Of a stretch of 64,000 nucleotides of DNA, positions 1 to 14,027 are shown one piece after another. The notes beneath the pieces were generated by a model. That model was not told the DNA's origin, did no database searches, and worked only from the letters and a program-made list of their open reading frames with translations. The position numbers and the translations under genes were made by a program. Origin of the DNA: Zygnema circumcarinatum SAG 698-1b (lineage: Eukaryota > Plantae > Zygnematophyceae); the NCBI GenBank assembly GCA_037447605.1, contig CM074811.1, positions 2,852,001 to 2,916,000 on the forward strand. The letters are read 5' to 3'. Positions within the stretch are counted from its first letter, which is position 1. The number at the start of each line of letters is the position of its first letter.

Positions 1-74
1 CATCCGACGACGTATTTGCCCTTCCAGCAGTGAAGGGCCCCGCTCCCTTCAAGAGATTCTGCCCAACAGCTCCC

Positions 75-3000
75 TTAGGCAGCGACCTCCTCAGGCCGCT
101 CAACGGGAGGATTGGTGCAGACCAAGTTTCGATCTCCAAACACGTTGTCCACGCGCCCTGCACCAACCAAACGTTGACTTCGGTCAAATTCAAGCTTCGG
201 CACAACCCCAATGAGCTCCTCTCCCCCTCTCCCTCCCTCGTTCCCCCCCCCCCCCTTCCCCCTCCTCTTCCCTCCCCCTGTTTCCCAAAACAAAAAAAGA
301 GAAGGTGAGGAGGGGGATGGGAAAACATCCTGACGAACTTTGAGTGGTTATGGAGCTTTCCACTCATCTTAAGGTCAAGTCTACTTGATTTCACGGGCAT
401 CGTGATCCACGTTAATACATTCGGGAAAGAGTACTGTCACATCATCCCCCTCCGTCACAACCCCTACAAGCCTCCTTTCTCTCTCCCTCTTCGCTCCCAC
501 TACCACTACCGCGGGCAGTCCCAGCAAAAGCTCACCAGTAGTAGGCCAGAACTTTGATGCGCGGACCCAAGAGGCAGGGAAGGCAGCCTGCTCCCTCGAG
601 TACGGCTTGCTCCACTCATCCGACAACACCAACGATGCGGTGTGGGGGGCGCCCTGCAGAGCACAAACTTACAAGTTTACTCTCATGCCCTCCAAAGATT
701 CGCATTCTGCTTTAGTTATCATCTCAAGCACGATAACCAGTCTCTCCAAAGTAGCAAATGTGACTGTAAGAAATGGGCTTAGGGGTATTCCAGCAGTCTT
801 ACCTTCAAAACGTTGTCCCACTTGCTGGCCTCTCCTGACTCGATAGCGCGAATCTCCTCCCGAATTGCAATCAAGGCATTGCAGAAGCGGTCAAGCTCCG
901 CCTGCACAAAGTAGCATCATCTCCCTCTTAACCATGATAGACATACCCCCCACCTTACAAAGAAGCTGCATGCTGTTTCATTCTCATCATGCAAATATGT
1001 GCCTAGCTTTTTAACCCAACCCAATTACTGGGGAAAACAGGAGTGTGTTTGATAACCTAGAAAGGCAGAGTTACTTCAATTGATGTCTATGCATCGAGGG
1101 AGTTAGAAGCCCCTCTCACCTTGCTCTCTGACTCAGTGGGCTCGATCATGAGAGTGCCGGGAACAGGCCATGACATGGTAGGTGCGTGGTATCCATAGTC
1201 CATCAACCGTTTAGCCACATCCTCTGCCTCTACACCAGCCGTATTCTGCACAAAGCAATTTTCCAAGGTTAGGAAAACGGCTCTCAAGTTGCTGCGGGAG
1301 TCAACACAATGCTGTAAACACTATAAGCTAAGCTCAGAGAATGAAGGAGGCAAAGTGCGAGAGCAACTTCCCTAAGAGGTCGCTCGCTTCACTAGCGAGA
1401 GGGTATGGAACCCATTGCCAAGTCGAGCCAGCTATATGGAGTTTATAGCGTTCTATTACGCAGTATTGTGAGGGAAAAACATAATTACCTTGAATTCACG
1501 TAAGTCAATGATGAACTCGTGCGCACAAGTGCCATTAACACCACGGAAGAGCACAGGAAAGTGGTCCTGAATGCCCCCAAAACAAAGCTTTGAATTAGCA
1601 GCCAACTCAGCAAACTCGATTCCCATTCACTCGGTACCTCCAGCAACATAAAAAAAAGAGCATAGCATTGGAAATGCACGTTTCAGCTGAATGACAATAT
1701 GGGAACCAAAACCATTGGAAACTTCAGACATAAAGAGGCTTCTTGCTAGGGATATCCCCTTACCGAACAAACTAGCCACCACAAACATATGCAACATGAT
1801 GGAACCTCACCTCCAGTCGCTTCGCCATGTAGTTGGCACTGAGAATGGCCAATTTTGAGGCCTGCGTGAGGCCTTCAGAGCCCATCATAGCAATGTACAT
1901 AAACGAGATGGGGAGAATGAGAGCTGAACCGAAGGGAGCTGCAGAGATAGTTCCAAGCGGCTTCAGGGTCTCAGCAGGGGCAGGGAATCCTCCGGTGGGC
2001 ACCTGCCAAAAGTAGAGGAGGTGAAGGATAACTAAGTCTAGTTTCTAATTGTGAATGCTCATACCCAGATCTGTACAAGGTTTCCTATCTGTGGAAGACG
2101 CAGAAGCGAGAGTTGGGGATTATAAGATGAAAAAACTCACCACTGGATGGGATGGGAGGTATGGGGCGAGGTGTGCTTTCACCCCAATGGGGCCCATACC
2201 CGGCCCTCCTCCTCCGTGGGGAATGCAGAAGGTCTTGTGCAGGTTCAAGTGGCACACATCGGCTCCAATATGTCCAGGACTCGTCAAGCCCACCTACAGA
2301 TGTGGTAACACCAGTGGAACGTATTTAGAGTTGTTGCTTTAACTGTTTTAACGCCCATAAATTAAGGCTCTGAGTAGTAGGGAAAGAAGGGAAGTAAGGA
2401 AAATTTGCCGGGTTTTGTTTTTGAAGTACGGAGATGCATTACCTGGGCGTTCATGTTGGCACCGTCCATGTACACCTGCCCTCCATTCTCGTGGATGATG
2501 CGGCAGATGTCATCCACACCTTCCTCGTAGACACCGTGTGTAGAGGGATAGGTGATCTGCAGGTCACATCGAGTAAAGTTAATCATACATAAAACAACAA
2601 CAGCTCAGCTCAGCCAGTCATACAACCTGCATTGTTTCGGCTCTCACCATGAGGGCTGCAAGGTTGTCCTTGTACTTCTCGGCAGCTGCTTTGAGCTCCT
2701 CAATGTTGACATTGCCCTTAGAATCTGTTCCCACTGCCACAATCTTCATGCCGCACATTGCTGCACTGGCGGGGTTCGTTCCATGTGCAGAAACCGGAAT
2801 AATGCAGACATCGCGGTGGGTGTCGCCACGGGCCTGGCATACAATGGACAAGATAAGATCATCATAAATTTTACAATGAATAAACAACAGTTCAGGGTAA
2901 AACGTGAAGCCCCCCCCCCATACAGAAGATAAGAAAGACTTTTCCGCTTGTGGTTTAGGCGGCAATTCACAACGTTTGAGTCCTTAATGTCAAAAAACAC

Positions 3001-6000
3001 TCGCTCTTAAGAGGAGCGTTCAAAGTGATAACTTCGAAGGGAAAGTCTCCTTTGGAGAAAAAAAACGGCTAAATTGAAATGAACTGTTCCTCATTATGTC
3101 CAAAAATTGCCTGTTCTAACATTTTGAGTTGAAGAGAGCACATGCCCAAGTACAGCTGTGAGGAATGATATCTCAGAGACAAAAGTTTCTCTTTGAAGAG
3201 GCTGTTCCCATCTCCATTTGCAAGACTTTGACATGGAATAGCATTTTCAGCCAATGTAGCTTACCTGATGATATGCTCGAATGCACATAAGGCCAGCATA
3301 TTCTCCGGAGGCTCCTGCATTTGGCTGCAGCGATACTGAGTCGAACCCAGTAATCTCCGACAACATATCTCCCAAATCCGCAAACATTTCCTGCACACAA
3401 TTGAAATAACCAATAACCAGCAAATTAGCCTGTAAGAATGAGTCTTGCAGAGCCGAATCAAACGAGTTAAGAATGTCCTTTGTGTGTCTCCCAAATAGAG
3501 ACCTCCAAAGCTGCCTTCCAAAAATTTCCAATTGGGCTCCATAGCGCTGAACCACCCACTCACCTGATAGCCCTGTGTCTGCTCCAAAGGCGCAAACGGA
3601 TGAATGTTTGCAAGCTCGTTCCATGTGACTGGAATCATTTCTGAAGTTGCGTTAAGTTTCATTGTGCATGAACCCAATGGGATCATGGAGTGGACTAGAC
3701 TGAGATCCTTGCTCTGCAGCCGCATCATGTAGCGCAGAAGCTCATGCTCAGAATGATACCTGAAAACATTTCGAACCCCCTCACCCAAGCATAGTAAGCC
3801 AGTATTCCGAATCGAGTTGAATCGACCAAAGGCTGTCATTAGGCAATGGACCGGCGAGTGCAGGTTCAGAGCCGGATGCAACTTCTACTTCATGTAAAGA
3901 ACGGTGTTGCGTGGAAACAGTGCTCAATGATGATAAGACACTTGCTAAGGAAGAGTATGGAAGAGGGGTGGGATTTTACATGTTGAACACAGGGTGGGTG
4001 AGATAAGGTGTCTCGCGAATCAAGCCAGTTGGCAGCTTTACATCTGTGGCTGGGGCAAGAGACTCAGCACTCACAGTCACCTGTAGGCAGAAAAAGGTGA
4101 CAAAAGTGTTAACAATCTTCAGTCCAAAATCAAATGTTTCTCCCTGTGCGTGGAGAGGAAAAAGCAGAGTGCAAAAATGCCTGATTTCCGGTAAACCACA
4201 ATGTACTCGTACTTTACTTATCCCGCCTGTCTGGATGTGCAACTAAGTCGCGCTTCTTGTTTTCTACATATATATATGACCTTGAAACTCTGCATTCATA
4301 ACACATGGTTAAGTTGTATATCGTAGAATTTATAGAGTAACAGTGTACCTTTCGCCTGCTACAATCATCTGTGCAGAAACAGAGGCATAGCAAATAACTA
4401 CTCTGCCCACATTAAGATTCGGCGAGAATTTCTGGATAGCCATCATCAAATAGAGCTGAGACCCTCTGCTCTAATAATATCACTACTTTCTTAATCAGAG
4501 GTAATTCACCTCTCTAAAGCCCAGAATCTCGGAGAGCTCAAGATGTATTGCTCTGTAGAAGGGAGACATTAGTTTTCAGGCAACTTTACTTCTGGCATGT
4601 GATTGATGAAAGTAGCGCAGGGTTTGAACAGCACTTACAGGTTTCCCAAGTGAGAATATTTTGAAGAGCAGATCCACATCAGCGAGGCTGGACGTCTCAT
4701 CAAAAGCTACAGTGATCTGCGATAGAAAGCAACAATGTGCATCAGGCATCCGGATTTTGCTTCACCATGAGGCATAAGAGATAAGAACTTTAAGGGTATC
4801 CTAACATAGAGGCTGAATGAGATATTGAAAGAACTATTTGAGATATGCCATGTCAAAAAAACTAAAACTGATAGGAAGTACTAAGAAAGTAGCTAGTACG
4901 GGCAGAGAGATGAAGCCAAGGATGACTGGGGCGTTCTTGAATGTGTAATGGCAGATCATAGATATGTCATCCAGTAAGATTTCATCTGTATTCAGCAACT
5001 GCCGTTCATGAAATATGTAAAAAAGCAGATACATGACATTGCTCTTCGACAATCTCCAGAACGCCAAAACTAATAAGGTTTCAAAAGTGGACTGAACTTG
5101 AATGCAAATAGTTTTTCAAATCCCATGCAATATGAGCTGCTGAATATTAAACCAGACTCTTGCTCTCTTGCCAGCTGTAACCAGTTACAGCTCCACGTTT
5201 CCTCAACTTCTCATGCACATAACTGTTAAAAAAAACCATACTCAATTTTCAATCAACTTTATGGACCTCTTGAATGGATCCTTTAAAAAAAAAAAACCCT
5301 CTAAAACTTCCTCTCAACCCCACACAAACAACTTGCAAAATGATAAAATTCATAGCCGAAAAGCCGTACCGTGTTCTCATCCAGAACGCGCAAGTTGACC
5401 CCCTCAGCCCTGCCTGCAGCCGCAACCTCCTCTGCCTTCCCAGCCACCGTCACCTTCAGCGTGTCGAAGAAAGGGGCGGAGGCCACCTCTCCCACCCCCA
5501 TCTTGGAGAGCCCCTCTCCAAGAACTGCAGCCAAGCCGTGCACTCTCTCTGCTATCTGCTTCAAGCCGCCCGGGCCGTGATAAATGGCATACATGGCAGC
5601 CATGTTGGCAAGAAGTGCCTGCAGCAAGAGAGTTTATTTGTCAGTATCACAACTGTAGTAGTTTCACATCATGCCTACAGTCAAATCTATCAAAAGAGTT
5701 GATGCCATGCTGTTTGCACAGAAACACATGGCGCAGGGGGCAATTAAAGAAGAGAGCGACAGATGCTGTGAAAAGCATAAGAAGAAGAAGACACTAGTAT
5801 TAATCGTACTTAGAACAGCAGTGCTGTTGGGATATCTAGCTAACTTGTCGGCTATGTCTCAATCATCTGAATATTTCAACGTGCATACTTGAAACCCTTA
5901 TTCCTACAACCTAAAAAGGAGTCATTGTTAACGAGCAAAAAGGTCAGCGCGTCTCATTCATTCTGAGAAACAAGTTTGAAGGTGCTTTTCAGATGTCCTA

Positions 6001-7404
6001 TCGCCACCACCTCAGGGGAGAAAAACTTGAAAAAGCTACAATTTTCACGCTTCGAACCACAGTACAACCTTACAATTAACTGCACAGTCTAAACCGGGAG
6101 CCCTCAACACAGCTGAACAGGCAGCTCCTGCTACGTATAAAAATAAGCGGTACCTGTGCAGTGCAAATATTGCTGGTTGCTTTATCTCGCCGAATGTGCT
6201 GCTCTCGAGTCTGCATCGCCATACGAAGTGCAGGCTTTCCCTGGGCGTCCACACTGACTCCGATAATGCGGCCAGGCATCAGCCGCTTATATTCCTGAGA
6301 AGTTGCCAAGAATGCCGCATGGGGCCCACCATATCCCATGGGAACTCCAAACCGCTGGGCAGATCCCACCACCATATCCGCTCCGAGCTCACCAGGGGGC
6401 TTCAATACAGTAAGAGCCAACAAGTCGGTGGCTACAACAACCTTGACTCCGTGAGAATGTGCAGTTTGAATGAACTCGGTATAGTCTGAAACAGAGCCGT
6501 CTGTCGCGGGATACTGCAGAAGCACTCCGCAGATATCCTTGTTAGACAAGTCGAATGTTTTATAGTCTCCGACAGTCACCTTCATGCCAAGACCGTCCGC
6601 ACGAGTGTCGCACACATCAATTGTTTGAGGATGGCACTTGTCCGAGATCAAGAAGGTCGTTTTCTTCCCGCGAGAAATGGAAGAGCACATGGCCATGGCT
6701 TCGGCAGCAGCGGTTCCCTCATCCAACAAGGACGCATTCGACATCGGCATTCCTGTCAAATCCGTCACCAGAGTCTGAAAGTTCAAAAGGGACTCCAGTC
6801 TCCCTTGTGCAATCTCTGCCTGATAGGGCGTGTACTGCGTGTACCAGCCAGGGTTCTCCATAATGTTCCGCAGAATCACTGGAGGAACGAAGGTATTGTA
6901 GTACCCCATGCCAACAAACGACTTGAACACCTTATTTTTCAAGGCCATAGTCTTGAACTTTCCAAGCATCTCGCTTTCTGTGAACCCTTTCTCATACTTG
7001 CCAAGATTGAGCTTCGGCCTCTTGATGGACTTCGGAACGGTGGCTTCAATCAGAGAATCCATGCTCTCAAAGCCGCAAAACTCCGCCATCTTCTGCGATT
7101 CCTCAGGCGTCACACTGTTGTGCCTCCTGGGAAACGTGTCGCTGGGCTTCAGAGCTTCCACGGAAATGCTGCGCGTTTGATGCAGCACCGCCAGGCTTGC
7201 AGGGAGCCTGCTGCTCGCGCCTAGCATTCGCATTTGTCCTGAAACCGAAAAGCGGTTGGAAGAAGCAGCACTTGCAGGCTGACTGGCGGCGGCCGCTCGA
7301 TGAACCTGGCGATACGACTCCCCCGACTTGGCATTTTGAAACGATCGCCTGATCAAGTTTGCAGAGAAGAGAAGCTTGGAGACTGACTGCCGCCGGGACG
7401 CCAT
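75..7404 (-). CDS. GLDP: Glycine dehydrogenase (decarboxylating), glycine cleavage system P-protein, mitochondrial; 15 exons
   Basis: Manually joined GT-AG exons: 6154-7404, 5370-5618, 4639-4716, 3980-4080, 3564-3759, 3265-3390, 2648-2833, 2443-2556, 2141-2293, 1811-2002, 1489-1566, 1120-1245, 803-901, 536-653, 75-157. They encode hallmark peptides [67 protein letters not shown] (PLP lysine), [23 protein letters not shown] and [14 protein letters not shown]. The Arg/Ser-rich N-terminus resembles a mitochondrial presequence. Confidence 0.98.
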
Positions 7405-7774
7405 GGCTGCCCTTCACTCACTCCTCCTTCCCCTAATTCCACCACTACCTCCCTTTCAAAAAACACTTCCGAAACCGAAACCTAGACAATGTCAACTCCT
7501 TCCACACCCTACTGCAGTGCTCCCAATATCACTCCCTCCCTCCTCTTCTACCACCCACTACAGTTTACCACCCACCTCCTATAGCTGCCCTCCCTTCAGT
7601 AGAAGCCCTTCACTCCAAGGCAGGTTCAAGCCGTCGATCCCCAGAGCTCCACGAGAGCCCCTGCGCGATACTCCTATCGATCCCCTCCCCATACATCTGT
7701 ATGAGCCCAAGGGCCCGGTCCGCTCCGGAGTACTTTTTCTATGTTCCCGAAGGTCCAACCGTAATGTTCACACT

Positions 7775-8045
7775 GTGTACGGTCGTTGACGTCAATATTT
7801 GGAAAGTGGGTTAAACTGTGAACAGGCTCCGAGTCCGGATCTGATTCTGTCCCAGGACCAACGGGATTGGTCGGTCAAGATTTTGAGTGCGGGTAACGCG
7901 CTGACGTGGCCGGTGGGCAGCCGCGGAGGATAAGAGCCAATCAAGAGTGGATTTTGCACGTGTGACGGCCACATTCGGCAGTGCCGGGAAGGCGTGTACG
8001 GTCACCCACGTGGAGCACGAACAAGCCGTCCGTACGGATCACGTG
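7775..8045. promoter_or_regulatory. Putative bidirectional promoter between GLDP and ADE2 with I-box, CCAAT, G-boxes and GTAC motifs
   Basis: GATAAG 7929-7934, CCAAT 7937-7941, CACGTG at 7957, 8007 and 8040, palindromes TTGACGTCAA 7786-7795 and TCCGTACGGA 8029-8038, TGTACGG at 7776 and 7995. All lie in the 955-bp spacer between the two divergent ATGs. Confidence 0.5.
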
Positions 8046-8359
8046 CATAGGCAGTCACAGTCACGGAACTGAGTCATGGATGATGAGATGATGATTGATG
8101 ATGATGATTATTCTAACGGCTCGTTTATCAAGAAATTGTAACTGTAACTGTAACTAGCACTGATCTATTATGATATGTGAGAAACGACGTTAACGTAACT
8201 GTAACTAGATTTTGGGTAATATATCTGTCATGATGGTGTTTTACGGCTGATGGAACAGTATATGTGACCACTTTGCAGGACGGCTCCCTGCAGGAATACG
8301 GCCGAGAAAGTGCCCCTCTTCGCCGCCCCCTCGCTCTCTACAGAACAAAGAGCGCAGCC

Positions 8360-11300
8360 ATGGCTGCGGTCGGCGCATCGTCAATTCTGAACGCTTCACA
8401 CGTGCATAATGGCGAGCAAGCTTTACTCTTTAGCAGCGGGCATCCTAGCAGGCATGTTTCTCCCTTAAGGAAGCTAAAGCACGCGCTGAACGGCCCACAA
8501 CGTAGTCGATTATTTCTAACTGTTAGCAAAGGCTGCAAGAGAGATGGGGGAGCAGCAGTGGCAGCAGCCATGGCGGTGGAGGCTCCTGAAGGAGTTGGAG
8601 AAGAAGGGGGAAAGTGCGCTCCATGGACGGCGCAAGTCGGAGTGCTCGGAGGCGGCCAGCTGGCGCGCATGCTCTGCCAGGCGGCTTCCCCTCTTGCTCT
8701 AAAGCTGGCGGTGCTCGACCCTCTCCCGGACGCTCCTGCAGCTGCAATTGCATACCGCCATGTTGTAGGCAGCTTTCAGGATGAAGCGGCCGTGAAGAGC
8801 TTCGCGGAGGGGTGAGTTTAAAAGTGAATGAATTAGGACAATTTTAAAGCTAATTAGCAGTCTCTTAGTTTTTTAACCATTCAGTTAATTTTTTTGTGAA
8901 GGATTAATGTGGGACTTCCGACTAGTTTCAGCTAGAGTGAGCTAGCAGGTCGGTTGAGGCATAGCTGAGGTTGAGAGTATAGCAAGGGTTAGGGTTGGAG
9001 GTCTGGGTGTAGGTTAGGATTAGGTTCTGGACTGGAAGGCGTGAGTAAGTGCTGAGAAGTCTGACTGTGACTAAGCCTGACACTAAAAGCTGGAATTTTC
9101 GTAGGGTGCCTGCCTTTACCTGGTCGTGCAAATGCAGTCTAACTCTTCTATAACTCTTGTCTACTATTTTGCTGTATCATAGGTCTATTCTCTTTAGCCC
9201 TCGCATTTGTCATCAACATGCTAAACATTGAAGTCTCCAATCATATAATAACTTAGAAAGGGCAAACCATTTTTGTAAGCACAAGACATAGACCAGGCCA
9301 ATTAATTGGCTTTTTGGGTTGTTCACATTCAGATGTGATGTGCTCACTGTGGAGATTGAGCATGTCAACGTGCAATCGTTAGAGGAACTTGTCCGTAACG
9401 GCGTGGACGTTGAACCCAAGCCATGGACTATCGGAATCATTCAGGTAAAGCACTTCATTGTAATTGTAAAAACTGTTCCCATTGGAACCGGCGGTTGACA
9501 AGGTTGAGGGACCTTATAGTTTCCATAGCCAGAGCAGTATTCCTCAAAATTGTGCTCACAAGCAAGCACTTCATGGTAGACTTTCAAGCTCCAGAATTCT
9601 GTGGTCCAAAAGTCATTCAGTGTTGTGAATTCAATTGTCAGTCCTTTTGCAGCAATGAGTACTTCTTTGTTCTAAAGTCATCCTGGTGGAGTTGCAGGAC
9701 AAGTATGCCCAAAAAGTTCACTTCCGCCAAAAAGGCATTCCACTTCCTGATTTCGTTTCTGTAAGTGGGTTTCTTTTTGCCAATTGGTGCATTTTCGTTT
9801 TATATGCCTCCTACCCTCGAAAGTGTCAGCCAAAACTTTCTTATCGTACTGTTGAGAAGAAGCCTCTTTTATCAAGGGAAGAAAAAGCAGAATGCCCAGC
9901 TCCACCCTCGTTCAATTCTCTTAGGAGCATCTCCGTATCGCAAAACTTAACCGTAAGTCATATCCTTGTATATGTCATAACAGCCACATAGTGATGATCC
10001 GTCCTTCAGTTTCCATGTTTGTACTTAGTTTTTGTTCAGATAGAAACGATGGAGCAAGCAGAAGCTGCTGGAAGAGAATTTGGATACCCTCTCATGCTAA
10101 AGTCGAGACGGCTCGCATACGATGGAAGGGGCAATGCAGTTGCTCGAACCGAACTGGACCTAAATAAGGCCATAGCAGGTTGGAGCTAAACTGTGTGCAA
10201 GAACTCATCATATTTCGTACAAATTGCCATAATCATTTTGGAAAAGTCAGCTGCCGTGCTTAGGATGTAAAGAAATGTGCTTCAAACTGGTGCTGTAATT
10301 TCTCTCACCTTCAGTCAGTTTGTTTGTTTGGTTTTTTTTTTTTTTTTGCTTTATCATTTTGAAGAGAGAGGTGAGAGACAATGTTCTCCGAAGGACTACC
10401 TCTGCTTTTACTCCTTTGTCTTTTAATTTATTTTCTTTTCTGGGCTTGTGTGGTATAAGAGGCTCGTTTTGGCAGCACTCGGTGGGCTGGAGAGAGGGCT
10501 GTATGCGGAGAAATGGGCTCCCTTTGTTAAGGTGATTCGGATGCTTTATTATTATGGCCCCCTTATTGGCAAATCGGCTCTGGAAAAAATTGCATTTGTG
10601 GAACACATCCTTGTGGATGCTTCCTTTGTGCATAATGTTCTGAATTCTGAATGTTTTTTTGTCTATGTTTCTTTCTATATGGTGAGTGCAGGAACTAGCA
10701 GTCATGGTGGCAAGGGGGAGAGATGGAAGCATCCGTTCGTATCCAGTAGTGGAAACCACTCATAAGTAAGCCCATCCTTTCCTTTGTTCTGTGAGTCCGA
10801 GAGGAAACAACAACATTGGGGTTCTTTTAGAAACTTGCTTCTGAAAATGGTTCATACAGACTTTCAATATTTCAGTCAACATGGGTTCTTAAAGCCCATA
10901 TTGAAGATTCAAACATGTCCGACAATGGAAATGGGCTTGAAGAAAACCTCTCTATTATCTCTATAAGGTTCGAAGACGATTTACTAATGATCAGATACTT
11001 TCCTCAGTTCAAAATTTGTGTATTTGATGGTTCTTTGCAGGGACAATATATGCCACATTGTAGTGGCTCCGGCGGTAGTTTCGGAGAGAAGTAAAGCTGA
11101 AGCTTTGAGGATTGCTGAATGCGCAGTTGGGTCTCTTGAAGGGGCCGGCATTTTTGGAGTTGAACTCTTCCTGCTGCCCACCGGAGAGGCAAGTCTTACT
11201 CCCTTTTAATCCTAACCAAAAAAAAAAAAAAAAAGCGGGGGGGATATGGGGTGTTTAGAAAACGTTCAAAGTTTCAGAGAAGCTGATGGGTTCATGACGA

Positions 11301-14027
11301 ATTTTCTTTAGATTTGTTCCTGAAACTCGGTCAGGGTTTTTAGGGTTTTCTCTCCCGCAGGTTTTGTTGAATGAGATCGCTCCAAGGCCTCACAACAGCG
11401 GGCATTACACTATTGAAGCGTGTGTCACGTCACAGTACGAACAGCACCTGCGAGCCGTGCTGGGACTACCACTCGGGGAAACTTCCATGAAGGTTCCTGC
11501 CGCTGCAATGCTCAACATTCTCGGAGAAGGAGAGGTGTGCGTCACATGTGGGAGACTTCCGTTTAACGGATTTGTGCGATTTTTTACTGCTAATTTCCAC
11601 TTGTATGAGGTTCTATGCTTTTCGGTCTTTCTGGGTATAAAGCTGATTGCCTTTTTCTACTCGTGGTTTCAGGGAGAGGAGGGTTTCAGAATAGCTTTCG
11701 ATTTGATGCAGAGGGCTGTGAAGGTGCCAGGTGTCAGCATCCACTGGTATGATAAGCATGGTAAGGCGCATATGCTCTTTTTGCCAAGGAAAAGTTAGTA
11801 AAAATAAAGTATTAATCTTAGCTTTTCAGAAAAGATTGAAGAAAAAAGTATTTTTGAGCACGAAATGACAGTCCATGCTGCGAACTTTGTTTGGAAGGCA
11901 TCCTACGCAACTCGTTTCTTTTTGGAGCATTAGCATATGCTTAATATGTGAAAATTAATATGGGTGAGATTTCTTGCTTTGTTGGACTGGGGACAGAAAT
12001 TAGACCCCAAAGGAAGATGGGCCACCTCACTATTGTTGGAGAGTCCGCAGAAATAGTGCGAAGCCGCCTGCAAAAGCTGAGAGCTTCAAGTGCAGGAGAG
12101 GTGGAAGAGGCAGAGGGAGAGGAAGCTGGCAGTGGTAAGGAAACTCAGTTCAAGTTTTAATGTACTAGATTGTGCTTCGAGAATGGAAGAATTAGAACTT
12201 ATTGAGTCATAAGGTGTGACTATGTGTTCTTTTCTGTCTTATTTGGCCACGCTTTGCTGACGAGATTCGCTTTCACGCTCTCTCTCTTCCCCTCTCCCCC
12301 CCCTCGCTCTCTCTCTCTCTGTACTCTGTTCCGATGTTGAAGTGGCAAGGGATCCACCAAAGGTTGGCGTCATCATGGGCTCCGATTCCGACCTTGGGGT
12401 GATGAAAGCCGCCTCTGAAATTTTGGACCATTTTGGAATTCCTCACGAGGTGAGGTCGACCCACTTCCGATTTGCTAAGGACCGGATCTCACCCTCTCTC
12501 TTGGCTATATACATGTATGTGTATGTTTGTGTATTCTTATAACTAGAGTTTTATTTAAAAACTCTTATGTCTTGAACAACCGCTTCCATCTCTCTCGCGC
12601 CCTCTTTCTCTCTCTCTCCCACTCTTGCCTCTCTTCCTCTCCCTCCCTCCCTCTCCCTCTTCCTTCAACCCTGCCCCCCCTTCCCCTCTCTCCCGCCCAC
12701 TCCCCCCCTTCCGCCTCCCTCCTTCTCCTCCTCCTCCCTCTTCCCCCCCCCCTTCCCCATAGGTATGAGGGGGAGCTGTATGTAGAACAATCACATGTGA
12801 ATGTTGTGTTTGACGGAGCAGGTAACCATTGTGTCTGCCCACCGAACCCCCGATCGGATGATGACGTATGCAAAGGAGGCGCACAAGAGAGGAGTGCGCG
12901 TCATCATTGCGGGAGCCGGAGGAGCGGCACATTTGCCGGGTACTCTTTCTGGCTTGCCCTTGAGAATAGCACACTACCAGCTCGGAATTCATGCTCCTTC
13001 TCATTTTCTAGTTTTTTGGTTTTCAAGAGTAGAGGATCGAGTCTTTCTTTCACACGTTTCAATAAGCGAGTAGATAGTCTCTGCTTTTTCTGTTAGAGAA
13101 AGGTTGTCCACACCCTCTCTAACTCACACTTTCTTACTTTCAGATTACCTCTGCGAAGGAAAAGGGTAGGCTTTTGATTCTTGTTGATTTACCTCCTTCC
13201 GCATTCAAACTCTCCTTGCAGGAATGGTCGCTGCTTTGACTCCTCTCCCTGTCATTGGAGTTCCTGTTCGCACTTCACTAGACGGTCTCGACGCATTGTT
13301 TTCCGTTGTTCAGGTGCGAACACCCCAAACCGGACACTTTCTGTTCACTTTCTCCAAAAGAGTCCTTTTTGCTCCCTTTCATGCTGCTTTGGTACCTTTG
13401 TATTTACACGTGTGATATGCATAAAATCTAGGGCAGAAAACTGTGGAAAATTCGTAGGTGTTATGAGCTGCTTCTGACCGGTTTTTTCAGTGCTTGATTT
13501 CTGCAGATGCCCAGAGGTGTGCCTGTAGCCACAGTTGCAATAAACAATGCGACAAATGCAGGGCTGCTCGCAGTCCGCATTTTGGCGGCTTCAGACAACG
13601 GACTGCTTGAAATGTGAGCAAAGGCCTTACAATGCTTTTAGGGTTTCTGTCTCTCTCTACCCCCCCCCCCCTCTCCCTCTCCCTCTCCCTCGGCCCCTCC
13701 TAAGTCATCCATAACTTCGCTCCTTTCCCCCTTCCTGCTGTGTCTGCAAAGCTGCCAATAAAAAGTAAAGAGTGAAGCCCCCCCACTCTTGACAAAAGCA
13801 TACACTGAACTCCAGTTTGTTGAAAGGTGGACACTTTGCTTTTCCTGTTTTCTATGGACAGACGTGCCCTTATAGAGTAATTTTTTTTTTTTTTTTTTTT
13901 TCTGAAAAAGAGAAAGTGGGTGTGGCCTGCTGGCAGGATGCTGAAGTATCAGGAGGAGATGGAGAGTACTGTGTTGGAAAAGGCGGAACGGTTGGAGAGA
14001 ATTGGATGGAAGGAATACCTCCCTTAA
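8360..14027 (+). CDS. ADE2: Phosphoribosylaminoimidazole carboxylase (PurK-PurE fusion, plant/fungal ADE2 type), probably plastid-targeted; 15 exons
   Basis: Exons: 8360-8811, 9333-9444, 9698-9760, 10040-10178, 10476-10531, 10692-10765, 11041-11188, 11361-11534, 11673-11760, 11997-12134, 12343-12449, 12822-12939, 13222-13314, 13507-13613, 13937-14027. PurK motifs: [68 protein letters not shown]. PurE motifs: [69 protein letters not shown] transit-peptide-like N-terminal extension is present. Confidence 0.97.
11189..11360 (+). other. Non-canonical GC-AG intron in ADE2
   Basis: Joining ...LLPTGE (ends 11188) to [15 protein letters not shown] (starts 11361 after ctcccgcag) keeps the PurK frame. 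The donor reads GAG|GCAAGT, the typical GC-AG consensus. Confidence 0.8.

Noticed and set aside
6555-7417. Overlapping antisense and alternate-frame ORFs over GLDP exon 1 (and similar ones over the chitinase, GI and ADE2)
   Set aside because: These are shadow ORFs of GC-rich coding sequence with no independent motifs.
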